Of a DNA stretch of 64,000 nucleotides, positions 12,830-25,301 are shown piece by piece (within the stretch, counting starts at the first letter, position 1; the number at the start of each line of letters is the position of its first letter). The stretch lies in assembly GCF_006345805.1 (NCBI RefSeq), contig NC_043002.1, positions 16,368,001 through 16,432,000 on the forward strand, in the 5' to 3' direction. The translations under genes and the position numbers were made by a program. The DNA comes from Octopus sinensis (lineage: Eukaryota). Below the pieces are notes generated by a model. It saw only the letters and a list, made by a program, of their open reading frames with translations, was not told the DNA's origin and did no database searches.

Positions 12830-13150
12830 TTATTATCATTTGATGAAAACTCACAACTTATTTTGCTGGGCATAATGGAAGTGTCAGCTGTCCACAGCCA
12901 GCAGACTATGGGGTCACATACTTGAAGAAACCTGCGAAGAATTATTTCAGTTCCAAGCAATGCTGATTTTTGTACGTGTTCAATCTTTACATTCGTACTA
13001 ATCTTTTTGAGCCATGCTGGTTATTGGGTGCTGATACATCCAAATGTGCCAAGTAGTATAGGTACCACGTTTACTCCCCTCATTGCCCACAAACTTCCAA
13101 ATTCCCATTTCAGACTTACTCACCTTCTACCTCCATTCCACATCTCTTAA
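12830..13150 (-). mobile_element. R4/Dong-clade (RLE-type) non-LTR retrotransposon, 3' fragment
   Basis: Manual translation LKWEFGSLWAMRGVNVVPILLGTFG...IEHVQKSALLGTEIILRRFLQ matches the R4/Dong C-terminal VVPIVIGALG...QKxALLGTxxILR pattern. Ends in a (TAA)n-like tail. Confidence 0.75.
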
Positions 13151-14377
13151 ACGCTCTGTATATTATAAAGCCACATAAACTGAAGTCTTATGTTAAAAAA
13201 CATGAGTGGCGTAATATTCAGTGCGTTAGTAAAAATTTCATATTAACAATTGTGTTTCTTATAAAACACAAAAATCTATAATCTGCACGGAACAGTGTAA
13301 ACATAAAATTATCATTTACTTCATCATCTTCAAAGGTGATTTTAAATGCAAGTGTGTATAACCTATTGATACCTACATCAAAGCGATATTCGAAAAGATT
13401 AGATTTTTTACTAGTTATATATCCTCGATATCAAATGATATAGATGTCTGTTTCAGTCCTGACCATCCTCTGTTTTAATATATCCTGATTTTGTATTATC
13501 TACCGTACACTTTCATTTCGAACACTATGTAATATGATCTTACAAAAATATTTCTGCTATTCCTAGTAGATTTCCTGATCTGGCAAACGTTTACCAGTTT
13601 TGAGTCGTGGGTATTTTTTTTAAATGTCTATATAACAGTAGGTAATATGTGCATATATACAATTTAAGACATAGATTAAACAAGTTTACTCGAAAAACCA
13701 GAATTCAGAAATAACGCACATGAAAGAATACTCTAAAACACATTTGAACCATTATTATTTCACTTTAAATCTATAAGCAATTTAAAGAGCATAAACGGTT
13801 TGTTACCTTGTTCCCTTAATCTATTTACCTGAGGAAACAGTACATAGAAATGAATTATATAAGAGATCTGGCAACTATCATCTGCCTAAGTATATAGTAT
13901 TTACTTAGAGATAACAAGGAGGCAAAATATGTTATTTACCCCGATTATGCATACTTAGTACCATCTGTCATGATACGTGATACCAAAAGTGTATACACAT
14001 GAAAAACACAGTGTCCATTCTACTCATAATTAACTTCGAAGAATTTATTTTTCCATGTATAAATATCTGTTCAGTAACCAGATTGCCACAAAACAATACA
14101 GAAGTTCGAAAAAAATTATAACTCTGCGCAATTAGAGAAGAAAAGAGAAATGCTTAAGAATTATTTGGTTTCTCACGAAAAAATAGTTTATTAAATTTTA
14201 TGTCGTTTAGAAAATTTCTATGGGAATAACAATTCTTTACAAGATTTCTTAGTTGTTATTGTGGAAGCCATTATTTCAACGTGTAATTATATTATTCATA
14301 AATCTGTATTGATTCTTTTTCTTTCCTAAATACTACATGCTTATATATTTTAGTTAAACTAAAATGTTATTCAAGAC

Positions 14378-14704
14378 TTTAAAGACTCCGCCGGTTACGA
14401 CGACGAGGGTCCCAGCTGATACGATCAACGGAACAGCTTGCTCGTGAAATTAACGTGCAAATGGCTGAGCATTCCACAGACACGTGTACCCTTAACGTAG
14501 TTCTCGGGGATAATCAGCGTGACACAGAGAGTGACAAGGCTGACCCTTTGAAATACAAGTACAACTCATTTTTGCCAGCTGAGTGGACTGGAGCAACGTG
14601 AAATAAAGTGTCTTGCTCAAGGACACAACGCGTCGCCGGGAATCGAACTCACAACCTTACGATCATGAGCCGAATGCCCTAACCACTAAGCCACGCGCCC
14701 TCAC
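14378..14704 (-). mobile_element. tRNA-derived CORE-type SINE family C with 11-bp TSD
   Basis: TSD ttattcaagac at 14367-14377 and 14705-14715. A box TGGCTTAGTGG, B box GAGTTCGATTCCC, CORE-like tgtgtccttgagcaagacactt. Confidence 0.92.
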
Positions 14705-14892
14705 TTATTCAAGACATATTATGGACAGCATTGTAGTAGTTTCAGCACTATATGTAGAGGCCTTAAACTTACATGCATGTTAGCAATTTATATCTCTTCT
14801 GCTGCTTCTAAGATATTGCATAGACATAGAAAATTTCTACGGAAACCGTAAAGTCATGGCGCAATTAAACAATGGATACATCAAAACATTTT

Positions 14893-15335
14893 ATAGTTCT
14901 ATATTTAAGAGATTAGGAATTATGTATGTTATTTACATTATTTACATTTGACGGATACTTGTCATCTTGTCCCCGGGCATATGCCGTTGTGGTTTAAGAG
15001 CGCGGGCTGCTAACCCCAAGATTCCAAGTTCAATTCCAAGCATTGACCTGAACAACAACAGCAACAACAACATCAACAACAACAGCAACAACAGCAACAA
15101 CAACAACAGCAACAAGATCAACAACAACAATAACAAGAACAACAACAACAGCAACAACAATAATAATAATAACAACAACAACAACATCGAAAAATACCTT
15201 AGAAATGAGAACCCAGGTACAAAATGTCCCCAATACACCCGAAGAAGTCTTGACGGTATATTATCCGAAAAATTGTGATAACAACAAACAAGATGAGGAC
15301 AAATATCCGTCAAAAATAAATAATGTTAATAAAAA
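14893..15335 (+). mobile_element. Composite element D: inverted 3'-end fragment, tRNA head, (AAC)n, degenerate hammerhead, 3' end
   Basis: Collinear with 60340-60600. Segment 14893-14970 is the reverse complement of the element's own 3' end. Degenerate hammerhead at 15235-15278. Confidence 0.75.
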
Positions 15336-15689
15336 CATGTTATGTTCAAATCTTAGAATCTCCAGTAAACATTCCATTCTTATATAAAATAAGTAATTGT
15401 TCGATGCATGCACGCATTTTATCCATACACTCCTTTTTTCAAAATATATGCTTTTCTATTCGAAAATATACAGCAGCTAACAGCAAATCACAATAAAGAG
15501 AGTAAAAATATGTTTCTTGTAGATATCTTGCTGATGATCTTTTTTTATATTATTCTCATTTCAATAAAATTATTTACTGAAACTACTGTATGTAGTTGAT
15601 ACAAAGAAATGCTTCCAGCTTTGCTAAGATTCAGAGAAGACACATGTCACCTCAGTATTATTTGTACTACAGTTATATTTCTTATAATA

Positions 15690-16242
15690 TTGGGTTGTCC
15701 GGAAAGTTCGTGCCGATATATAGTAGCATACCTTTCGACTTATTTTAGAACATGGTTGAGTCCATAAAATACGATTTGACTGCACCTCCATTTAGAGCAC
15801 AGTTTAAGCTATCTTTTCGTGGAAGAAGGTTTATTTTCCTATAACTTGTGTTAATTCTAAAGCCCTTTATAAGAAAGTTAATTTTGGCATCTGATGCTTT
15901 GGGAACCAGAATAAAATTGCTGCAGCTGGGCTGGGATGTGTTACCCACCCTCCATATTCACCAGATATTGATTCTTCGGATTTCCACTTATTCAGGTCTC
16001 TGCAGGAGAGTCTTAAAGCTAAACATTCATATTCCTTGGATGACGTAAAAAGATATCTTGATGAATTATTTTCCATGAAACCACCTCAATTCTGAAAAGA
16101 GGGTATTTTCAAGTTAAAGGAAAGATGAAGACACATTGTGTATCAACATGTTCCATATTTGGTTGATTTAAATGTAATGGCAAGTATTTATTGACCTTTT
16201 TCTTTCCTTTAAAAATCGGCACGAACTTTCTGGACAACCCAA
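15690..16242 (+). mobile_element. Internally deleted mariner transposon
   Basis: 28-bp TIRs (15690-15717 and 16215-16242, one mismatch) with TA on both sides. Internal WDVLPHPPYSPDIDSSDFHLFRSLQ mariner motif. Confidence 0.93.
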
Positions 16243-17340
16243 TATATGATTTTCACATTTTGTGTTCTTCAAAAGAAGTGTGCCCATTATCCTGCTTTGG
16301 ATATATTGAACAACGTATATATTTCGTGTCAATTTTTTCATAACTATATTTTGCTGTACGCAAAAAAGAAAAAAAAAGAAAATATTAAAGACTAATTTTT
16401 CGCTACTGACCTACTACAAATGAAAGGAGATGGCGATCAAAACCATGTCCCTGTTTTGCTATCTCAGGAGGTATATAACAATACCACCGAGCCATATTGT
16501 TATCGTTTCACAAACGTATATATTGTTAGTGATATTCCATATCCAGATTGTCGGAAACTGATCCTGTACGAAAGACTTAATAATATTGATAGATGTCCAT
16601 ATCTGTGTGTGTGTGTGTATGTGTGTATTTATATATATGTCTATGTGTGTGTGTGCTCATCTGCATGTATATAATTATATGTATACACACACATAAACAT
16701 ACATGTAGCAGCTGAATCCTCCTGCCATATGAGGTCGATATTGTGTACGCCACTACCAAATGTAGCTGTAGATGTAATGCTTGAAGGTTCTCGCATCGGA
16801 GTTACTAGTGAACATCGAAGAATCAACACCAAGAAGGAAGAAATATTGTTTACACATATTTATTCGTTTGCCCGACAAGTAGTTAAAGAAACAGTAGTAA
16901 TTGTAGTGACAATGACAAAAAATTGGCTCGCTGGTTAGTAGTAGAAGACGCTGTCTGTCTGCAGTGAGTGAAAGATTAACGAATGCACGGTGTTGACTAG
17001 AAAGGAAGAAAGGATAAAGGTGGCATCGACTTTCCTGCCGCCGAAAGCTTTTCTTCGTATGTTGAGCGAAGGCCGAAGTGATGTGTTGCTCTTGATCATG
17101 ACTCACGCAAAAGAGCTTGTTGCTATTTGGTCTGTCTGACATGAAAGTGAGAGGAAATGCTCTCTGTGGTGATCAGTAATCTAGGTCAAACCCTACACCC
17201 TAAACAAAAGACTGACCCCTTCCTTGGAAGTCAAGTGTTGCCCTATCAATCAACTGGTGTGGAGAGGTTTTGACAAACAACAAGCGAGTAGATTTGGTGT
17301 CAAATATCAGGCAGTACCAAACGAGATCCATACATACTCT

Positions 17341-17547
17341 TTTACTCTTTTACTTGTTTCAGTCATTTGACTGCGGCCATGCTGGAGCACCGCCTTTAGT
17401 CGAGCAAATCGACCCCATGACTTATTCTTTGTAAGCTTAGTACTTATTCTATCGATCTCTTTTGCCGAACCGCTAAGTGACGGGGACGTAAACACACCAG
17501 CATCGGTTGTCAAGCAATGCTAGAGGGACAAACACACACACACACAA

Positions 17548-17618
<71 letters not shown>

Positions 17619-17698
17619 TACGACAGGCTTCTTTCAGTTTCCGTCTACCAAATCCACTCACAAGGCTTTGGTCGGCCCGAGGCTACAGCAGAAGACAC
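17341..17698 (-). mobile_element. SINE family B (5'-truncated) with internal (TA)n(TG)n
   Basis: Reverse complement aligns to 61355-61768. Confidence 0.88.
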
Positions 17699-17721
17699 AT
17701 ATATTTTATATATATATGTAT

Positions 17722-19629
17722 GATTCTCGGTCAACTGTCCGACGAGTAATTAATTGCCCGACAGACAATTTCATTTAACCCTTATCATTCATTTCACTTT
17801 ATCTGTCATTTGGGCGAATCTTCCTGTACTCAAAAGTTGTATTTTCCTCAGTTTGCTGAAGTTAAAGACCACCCGGTTTCGAAAGGCCTAACAACTTTAA
17901 TAGTGTAGTCCGTGAAACTTCTTTGATCTTAATACACAATTGTTAGTACCCATGAATCTCGTTAAAACTGAACTTGGAGGTTTGAAGCTCTGCTATAATG
18001 GTTACGTCTACGTTAAGAACAAGGGCTTGTCATCTGGAGATAAGTTCCACGAATGTGAACGCTGCCGAAATAACAACTACAAGGCTTAAATTATAGTGTG
18101 TATAGAAGAAATAATTAGCCAGACACACGAGCACACTCACGCTGCATATGTTCTTCGTGAAGATCAAACTGTGCGTAAAGAAATGAAGGAGAAAGCTATT
18201 ATAAACCATCAATATTCACAACAAATTATAACGCAAAATTTACAGAATGTTTCGGAGAAAGCCTTTACTTGGCTACCAGCCATGAGCATTATTAGGAGTT
18301 CAATCAGAAGATAGAAGCAAGCTATACACGCTCTGCATGACATACCGAGAAACGTACGATAGAGGATCCAGCGTCAACCGTTTACTTTGGTTTTTTACTG
18401 AGAAAAGTGTGCGACTTCTACAATCTTTAAATGATAAGTTTTGCAATGCTATATTCAAAGTAGTACCAGAACTGTTTTACCAACTCTACTCCATTCACTG
18501 TTTAATCTCTAATAGGACGATTCGTTGTCATTGCATTATTGCCAAATAAACGTCAAGCCACCTATGAAGAACTTTCCAGCTAACTTCAGGCGATTACCTA
18601 CAGCCTCAACCCAACTACTATTTTTATCGATTAGGAACAAGCTGCCAAGAATGCAATTACCGAAAGTTCTCCAAATGCAATTATCAAAGTGTGATTTTTT
18701 CATCTCTCTCAAGCAGTTCATCGGAAGGAACAATCATAGGGATTATAATCAAGATATCAGAGCGATGCTGTTTTTGCTCTAAGCATTCAAATGATACCAG
18801 CTTTGGCTTTTGTGCCAGCAGACAATGTTGTGACAGCATTTGAGCAATTACAAGAAACTTTGTGCCATGAAAGAGATCCAATCATTGATTAATTTGAAGA
18901 TTCTTATATCGATAGAATACGACGGCGTATTTGTATATGGAATGTGAATGACTGCGTATGGTATGATTAATCACGAACAATTAATTCCTTGGAAGGATGG
19001 CATTTTCAGGCGAATATGACGTGAAATCATCCAAGTATCTGACGTTATCTTCAAGTATTGAAGACGGAACACGCGCTTAACGACATGATCATCAAACAAA
19101 TGTTGGCAGGACATCAGCCCTCACCCAAAAAGAAAACAAGTAACAAGATTTAATGGAAAGAATTGCAAATATTGAGGAGGATTATAAAATTCGAGAGGTC
19201 ATGGATTTTTTAAGAGGAACAGCTCATAAATAAAATTTTAATTCTTTTTATTTTTGTACTATTTTACAAATTATATTCTTGTTCATGATACAGATAAATA
19301 ATCTGGAAAGAAATTTTGTTTTTATAAAATCTATTTTCTTACCTCTGTTTCAACAATTAAAGCATAAATTGTACTTTTTTGTACTTTTATTTTACAACTA
19401 AAATGGTTTAATAAAAATTTCGTTTACACTTTTAGTCTTTTAATTATATCAGTCATTTGTCTGCAGCCATACTGGAGCACCACATTTAGTCAAATAAGTT
19501 GCCCATGGGGTTTATTCTTTGTAAGCCTATCACTTCTATCGGCCTCTTTTGCCGAACCACTAAATTTTGGGGAAGTGAAACAACAACATAAGTTGTCAAG
19601 CGATGGTGGTGGGAACAAACACACACACA

Positions 19630-19697
<68 letters not shown>

Positions 19698-19927
19698 GAC
19701 CGGTTTCTTTCAGTTTCCGTCTACCAAATCTCCTCACCATACATTGGTCGGCCTGGGCTATAACAGACGTCACTTGCCCAGGATGCTACGCAATGCACTG
19801 AACCCACAATCATGTGATTTGAAAGCAAGCTTGTTACCACACAGCCACGCTTAATATCTTAAATTTTTAGTTTCAACTTACTTAAAAATGATCGTGCTCT
19901 TGTCTGTTGGGCAGTTGTCCGGATACC
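17722..19927 (+). mobile_element. Degenerate MULE (Mutator-like) transposon with FLYWCH-like N-terminus
   Basis: Interrupted frames: KLCYNGYVYVKNK...HECER, FKVVPELFYQLYSIH, RTINSLEGWH, HPSI..YLQVLKTEH. Degenerate inverted ends at ~17722-17770 and ~19898-19927. Confidence 0.75.
19447..19850 (-). mobile_element. SINE family B nested in the MULE element
   Basis: Homologous to the other family B copies, with an internal CA/TA tract. Confidence 0.85.
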
Positions 19928-21453
19928 ATACATACATACATTCATATATATAAATATATATATATATATACTGAATATTTCCAACGCAAGACATATATAT
20001 ATAAGGTATAATAGTATGTAAAATTTAACGAAATAATAAATACGTATAATGATTGCGTCTTCCTATTCCCGGATCATTATGCTATATTTCTCCTTTCTCA
20101 TTGTTGAAAATGAGATTTTTTCTAAAGGCTGGCAAATATATATCCTTGTAATGAACGAGTAGAGAGTTAGGAGGAGGTAATAGGAACTAATCGATGAATA
20201 ATGCACCAAAGAAGAACCCTGATCGACAGATTTGTGCGCTATATTTCTTTAAAGTGTCTCTTAATATCAGAGTAGTGTCTTCAAGTGGTAATTACTTCAC
20301 AGTGATCATAAATTGGCTCCGAATTTATTATTCACGTGATAGTCTACAATTCTCTTTCTGTTTTATCTGCTACATGAACTAATTAAAAACGCAAATTCCA
20401 AAGAAAATAAAACGTTCGTGAAGATACTGTTGATGCTTTCCTTGTGCTGGAAGCATGATGTTGATGCTGGTGATAATGTCCACTACTTTGATGATGATTA
20501 TCAATGTGATATTACCGATAATGATGTTGGAGATGAAGATATTCATGAGCATGATGATGAATATGGTAGTGGAAGAAACGAAAGTCTTGTTATTATCTGT
20601 TCCAGTTGTTCAGGTCGGTTGGGTTAAATATTCTATTGTTAGTTTCATTCACAGAATATCAATTATCTAATGGATGCCATGAAGAAATTGAATTTTGTAT
20701 TGGGTGTAACAATAAAGAAAAATAATAAATGGGAAAAAAACATAGAAAGGGTGGAAGATGATAATTGCGTCTGATTAATTTAGGCCATATTCGTAATTGA
20801 TTTAACTAAAAATAGTTCTATGCTAGTCATTTTTTAAAGAAGAACGAATTAGTTAGAAGACAAAAGGGAACAAGGATGTTAAAATAATATGCACTCACAC
20901 ACAAATACAGATTCATACATTAATATATGATTACACACAGACAGCCATGAAGGGTTAGAAGCAAGCAGAAAGAGAGTACAAAAAAGCGTTGCTTTCTATA
21001 CAAAATGGAAAGTGAAACATACATAATATATTCAGTTAAAGCACCATAACTAGTTTCATAACTAGTAAAATAACCAAATGCTATGGAAGTCACAACCTCA
21101 TACACTTTGGGGCAAAGCCAGACACAATTTCCAAAGGATTGCGATATTCAGATTAGCATTAAGAGAAAAGGGTACACCGTATCATTGAATGGAGATATAT
21201 ATTAGGACACTCAAGATATTTCCTGTCGGAATTAATAGCAGTAAAATATATAATGAAAAGGATAAATGTAAATAAGAAATACACGAGTAATATATGAGAT
21301 ATATAAAGAATACCATTAAAGAAACACGAAACGTGTGTGACTGTGAAATATGTTTAAATTTCATTATGTCAGGGATAATTTTTTATAAATCTGATAAAGT
21401 GAATTTCCTGGATGCAATTTAACCACAGTATATCGAGATTGTAGGCGACAAGT

Positions 21454-22345
21454 TCAATACCGTGTATGTCCTCCCTGGCTGTTCAAAATGGTCATACACC
21501 GTTGGTACATGGATTGCATGAAGTAGTTGACAAAAGCTATTGGCACCTGTTCCCACGCCCTGAGAAAAGCTGCTTCCAGTTCCACACGATTTGTCAGCCT
21601 TGAGTCCACCTGGTTTAGCCGTCTCTGGATTTCACCCCACACATGTTCAATTCCTTCTGCCTGCACCAAAATTTTGGAACACATGGATCCCAGTGATGCT
21701 TTGGCCTCCCCATGCGTCTCTTTCCATGACTCATTTGTCTCTGTAGCATTCGCCCCTCGTACGCCACGCTCTCACTCTACCCTCCTAGATGGAAACGCAG
21801 TACAGGTTCTCTTCAGAGAAGACTATCGACCTCCATTGTTGATGTCACCAATGTCGGTGCTCTATCGCCCACTGTAGCCGTGCCTGACGGTGACGGGCAG
21901 TGAGGACAGGCCTACCTGGAGCACGACGGCAACGAAGTTTGTTGACGGACAGTCGCCGTCGTACCGCGTCGTCGCTGATTGGTCACTGTCCAGTGCCAAT
22001 GGTAACGCGAGCTGTCACGCTGGCCGGTCCAAAGCGATCACGAAGATGTTGCAGTTGGATAAAGCGGTCCTGCTTGGACGTCGTCACCCGGGGGCGCCCT
22101 CTGCGATCTGCAGTACTGCTGCTGATGTATCGCTGTTGCAGGCAATAGATGGTGCTGACATGGGCGTTGTAAGCTTTCGCATCAAACGGGGCACGCTGTC
22201 CTGCTTGCAGTCGACCGATAGCTTGTTCTCCTGACATTTGGGTCATACCTAATGCATTCAAATTACGAATGTCAGAAACGCAGTTCAAGTACATCTTTAA
22301 ACCCATAACCTCTACGACATGCACGTGCATTTCGGTTATCATGAC
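21454..22345 (-). mobile_element. Degenerate Tc1 transposase, related to the copy at 10126
   Basis: EQAIGRLQAG...GRPRVTTSKQDRFI (Tc1 HTH and GRPR motif) and IEHVWGEIQRRL...SMYQRCMTILNSQGGHTRY (Tc1 C-terminus). Confidence 0.85.
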
Positions 22346-23053
22346 AGTTGTTTGCGGCTACCACCTACGTAATTTTAGCGTCTTGTTTCAGGGTAAGTTG
22401 AAAGGTTACCTGTATTTAGGATCTCAGCCATAAAGCAGCATGTCTTGTATTGCAGAAATATATTTTTAAACTTTACCGTATAAAAATGGCATTTCAAAAC
22501 ATCGTGTTTCTTTTGCGGTTTTGTGTATTAAAAAATAAATCAGATACAAGTATGTATTGTATAATGTTATAATAATTAATATGGAAGTATGAACATCCAA
22601 CAAAGTACGTTTAAACTTGGATGCCAAAGAATGTGTTAAAAGTGGTTTTGAATCAGTTAGATATGTTGAGGTGGCGCTTTTACAAAGATACATCGTTGAC
22701 TATATTAAATAATTTGTATTTACATACCTGTTTGCAGGGGTAGGAGTATGGTCATTCATTTTTAGTTGTATGTATATTCACGTAGGCGACATTTTTCAAA
22801 GTTTGCTCAAATTCATTTTAGGTATTTGCGGATTATTCTATATCTCTCTTCAGCATTATATTACTTGCAGCGTTTATTCATATCTCAAATAGTTCTGCTT
22901 TGCTAGAGAATCTTTCATTTCATACAAACTTTGCATTCAATACTGATATTTTGAATGCAGTAAAATGTTATTTTCAAATTTCAGATGAAGTACAAAATTG
23001 TTCATAATCCTTTTATCTCCCTGTCACAAAGAAATGTACACTGAAGTGAAGTA

Positions 23054-23257
23054 CAGTAATGCCTCGACTATCACGGTCGTTACGTTCCAAAAACCTCAGC
23101 GAATTAGATATAGTACTGTACTCTATATTTTTTTATTATTTTTATAATTTGTATATCTTTATTTTCTTATAAATGCAAAAGAACACCACGGAGGATTTGA
23201 CGCAAGATTAAATAATAAACCGCGCTATATGAACCGCAATATGGCGGGGGATTACTG
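23054..23257. mobile_element. Tigger/pogo-type MITE
   Basis: TA|cagtaatgcctcgactatcacggt ... accgcaatatggcgggggattactg|TA: imperfect TIRs starting CAGTA with TA duplication. Confidence 0.7.
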
Positions 23258-24460
23258 TAATTTAAATTGTAATTTTTCAATCCATACATAGTTTTAACAC
23301 AAATTATTCACGGACAACATGATGGAGGAAACGTTTCATATATGATGGCGTCTTGACACATTAGAAATGAGAAATGCATCTAGTGTACATACGGTATGAT
23401 TTGGGAGGCTTGGAGGAGAACTGCAAACCCCTATAAGGTTATTTCTGATTAGCAAAACCTTGATGGAATATGTAGTAGGCATATGTTTATGCAGGAAATC
23501 AGATTTTTTTTTGCTGTTGGTTTTGTTAGGTTTTAGAGATATGTTACTGAATCTGTAAAGAAAATGGTTGCGAATCAGATAATGTTATGCCATTTTTACT
23601 GAGTATTAGATATCAAGGTTTTAATAATATTTGTTAATCTGTTTGCCATCAATTTCGACGCATTATTGTTTGAAGAGCGGCATTTCAGAGGTTTCTTTAT
23701 TTGGTATCCGAGTGCTGCTATCTCTAATATTAATCTTAATGTCTCAAATAAATATGATCGGCAAAATCCTATATTGATTTATATCAGTTTTCAGAGGTGT
23801 TTGCCATTTGTTTTAGGCATGTGTCTTGTTGAAGGATACATCAAGAGAACTTACAGTGCTAAAGTTAAGGCTTTCATGTTTCGGCATTTAGACGTTTTAC
23901 TATATCTGATATGCTATTTTGCATCATGAAGTAGGCGAACGATATAAAAGTGTCGATATGTATCATAGGAAATTTCCCATCTACAATATCCAAGAGAACA
24001 ACGTTTCACCTTGTACTACCTGTGTGTTTCTAAATGCAAGAGGACAGATATGATATCTTCTTCTACATTCGGCATATACATTGCTAGGTTGTAACAGGTT
24101 GTTGAAAAGTAGTTTCGACGTATATAAAAATGATTCTTCGATATGAAACTACTATTCCATAAGTAGATGATGTTGGACTGCAAAATTCAGAAAAACAATA
24201 TGTAATTTTCATAAATCTATAAATCACTCATTCTACATCACTTACGTTCACTGTCATTGTATCTGACTTTCAGTATTTCTCTGTCTCTCTCTCTCTCTCT
24301 TTCTCTCTCTCTCCCCACCATCTTGTTATAAGATGTAAAGCGTGACTGGAACATACAACCAGTGAACAAACCTATTATTATAGAGAGGTATATGCACATA
24401 AGCATCCCCCACACACACACAGATACACACGCACACTCCACCATATACGCACATATATGC

Positions 24461-24640
24461 ATCGCGTGTGTACCGTTGGCGATTTTTTCCCTCCGTCTTC
24501 CCTTCTTTGTTTCCGATGTTCTAACGAAGAGTTCCGCTCGAAACGTTAAACACTCCTTCTTTCCTTCTTTCCTGAGCATCCAATAATACTATACTTGTTC
24601 CACGGCCTCGCGTTGTTTTGTTTTCTCTTTATGTTTTCAT
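24461..24640 (+). mobile_element. Pseudo-LTR-like unit with mutated hammerhead (subfamily 1)
   Basis: Homologous to 42993-43186. Motif 24517-24551 has core CTAACGA (G5 to A). Confidence 0.72.
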
Positions 24641-24759
24641 ATTTATGTATAGGTAATCCAAAGATTACTTATGCATAAATATATCCGGATATGATTAATC
24701 TGAACAGCATTGACGAATCAAAATGTGAGCACACACTTTTATTATGGATGTAGTATACT

Positions 24760-24975
24760 ATAAGGAATTGGCTGAGGACCAACTGAAGGACACTACTTCT
24801 AATGTGAAATACCTTCAAATGTAGACCACCGCATCATGAAGAAAATCAACAACCTGGTTTCAAAACCCCAAAACTCACTTACCGATAATGAAAGAGACTG
24901 CCTCTTTAATTTCAAACCAAAACCCAGTTACTTCTACGACTAACTGAAAATACATAAATCAAAAGATATTCATTT
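24760..24975 (+). mobile_element. Penelope-like RT N-terminal fragment
   Basis: YKELAEDQLKD...KKINNLVSK...LTDNERDCLFNFKPKPSYFYD*LKIHKSKDI (cf. PLE FYGLPKIHK). Similar to 63563-64000. Confidence 0.6.
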
Positions 24976-25038
24976 TTAAAAAGATGTACTTGCATAGCAA
25001 TTGATTTGATCTGAGATCGTGTGCTGAAACGAAAACAA

Positions 25039-25301
25039 TTGCAGCGTGGAAGGTGTTTGTAAGCCATTCAAGGAACACACAAAAGCCGTTCGATTCACTT
25101 CAACATTTAAGCTTAAGTTGTCAAAATATTTGCGTCGCTTTAAGACCGCGACCTGTTCACTGACAAAAATCCGTTGTCAGTGAACAGGTCGCGGTCTTAA
25201 AGCGACGAAAATATTTTGACGAATTAAACTTAAATTTTGAAGTGAATCGAACGGCTTTTGTGTGTTTCTTAAATGGCTTACAAACACCTTCCACGCTGCA
25301 A
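25039..25301. repeat. Long hairpin / foldback MITE-like palindrome
   Basis: Arms 25039-25166 and 25174-25301 with a 7-nt loop. The inner 34 bp are perfectly complementary. Confidence 0.92.

Noticed and set aside
13112-13123. Strong minus-strand donor-like ggtgagtaagt
   Set aside because: It lies inside the R4/Dong LINE relic.
14640-14704. tRNA-like sequences in SINE heads (also 53000-53062, 60345-60405, 61355-61420)
   Set aside because: They lack proper acceptor stems and continue into SINE bodies, so they are not called as tRNA genes.
14967-15278. Poly-Asn / poly-Leu ORFs
   Set aside because: They come from the (AAC)n tract inside element D.
20418-20670. Asp-rich and Met-rich ORFs
   Set aside because: Degenerate (GAT)n simple repeat.
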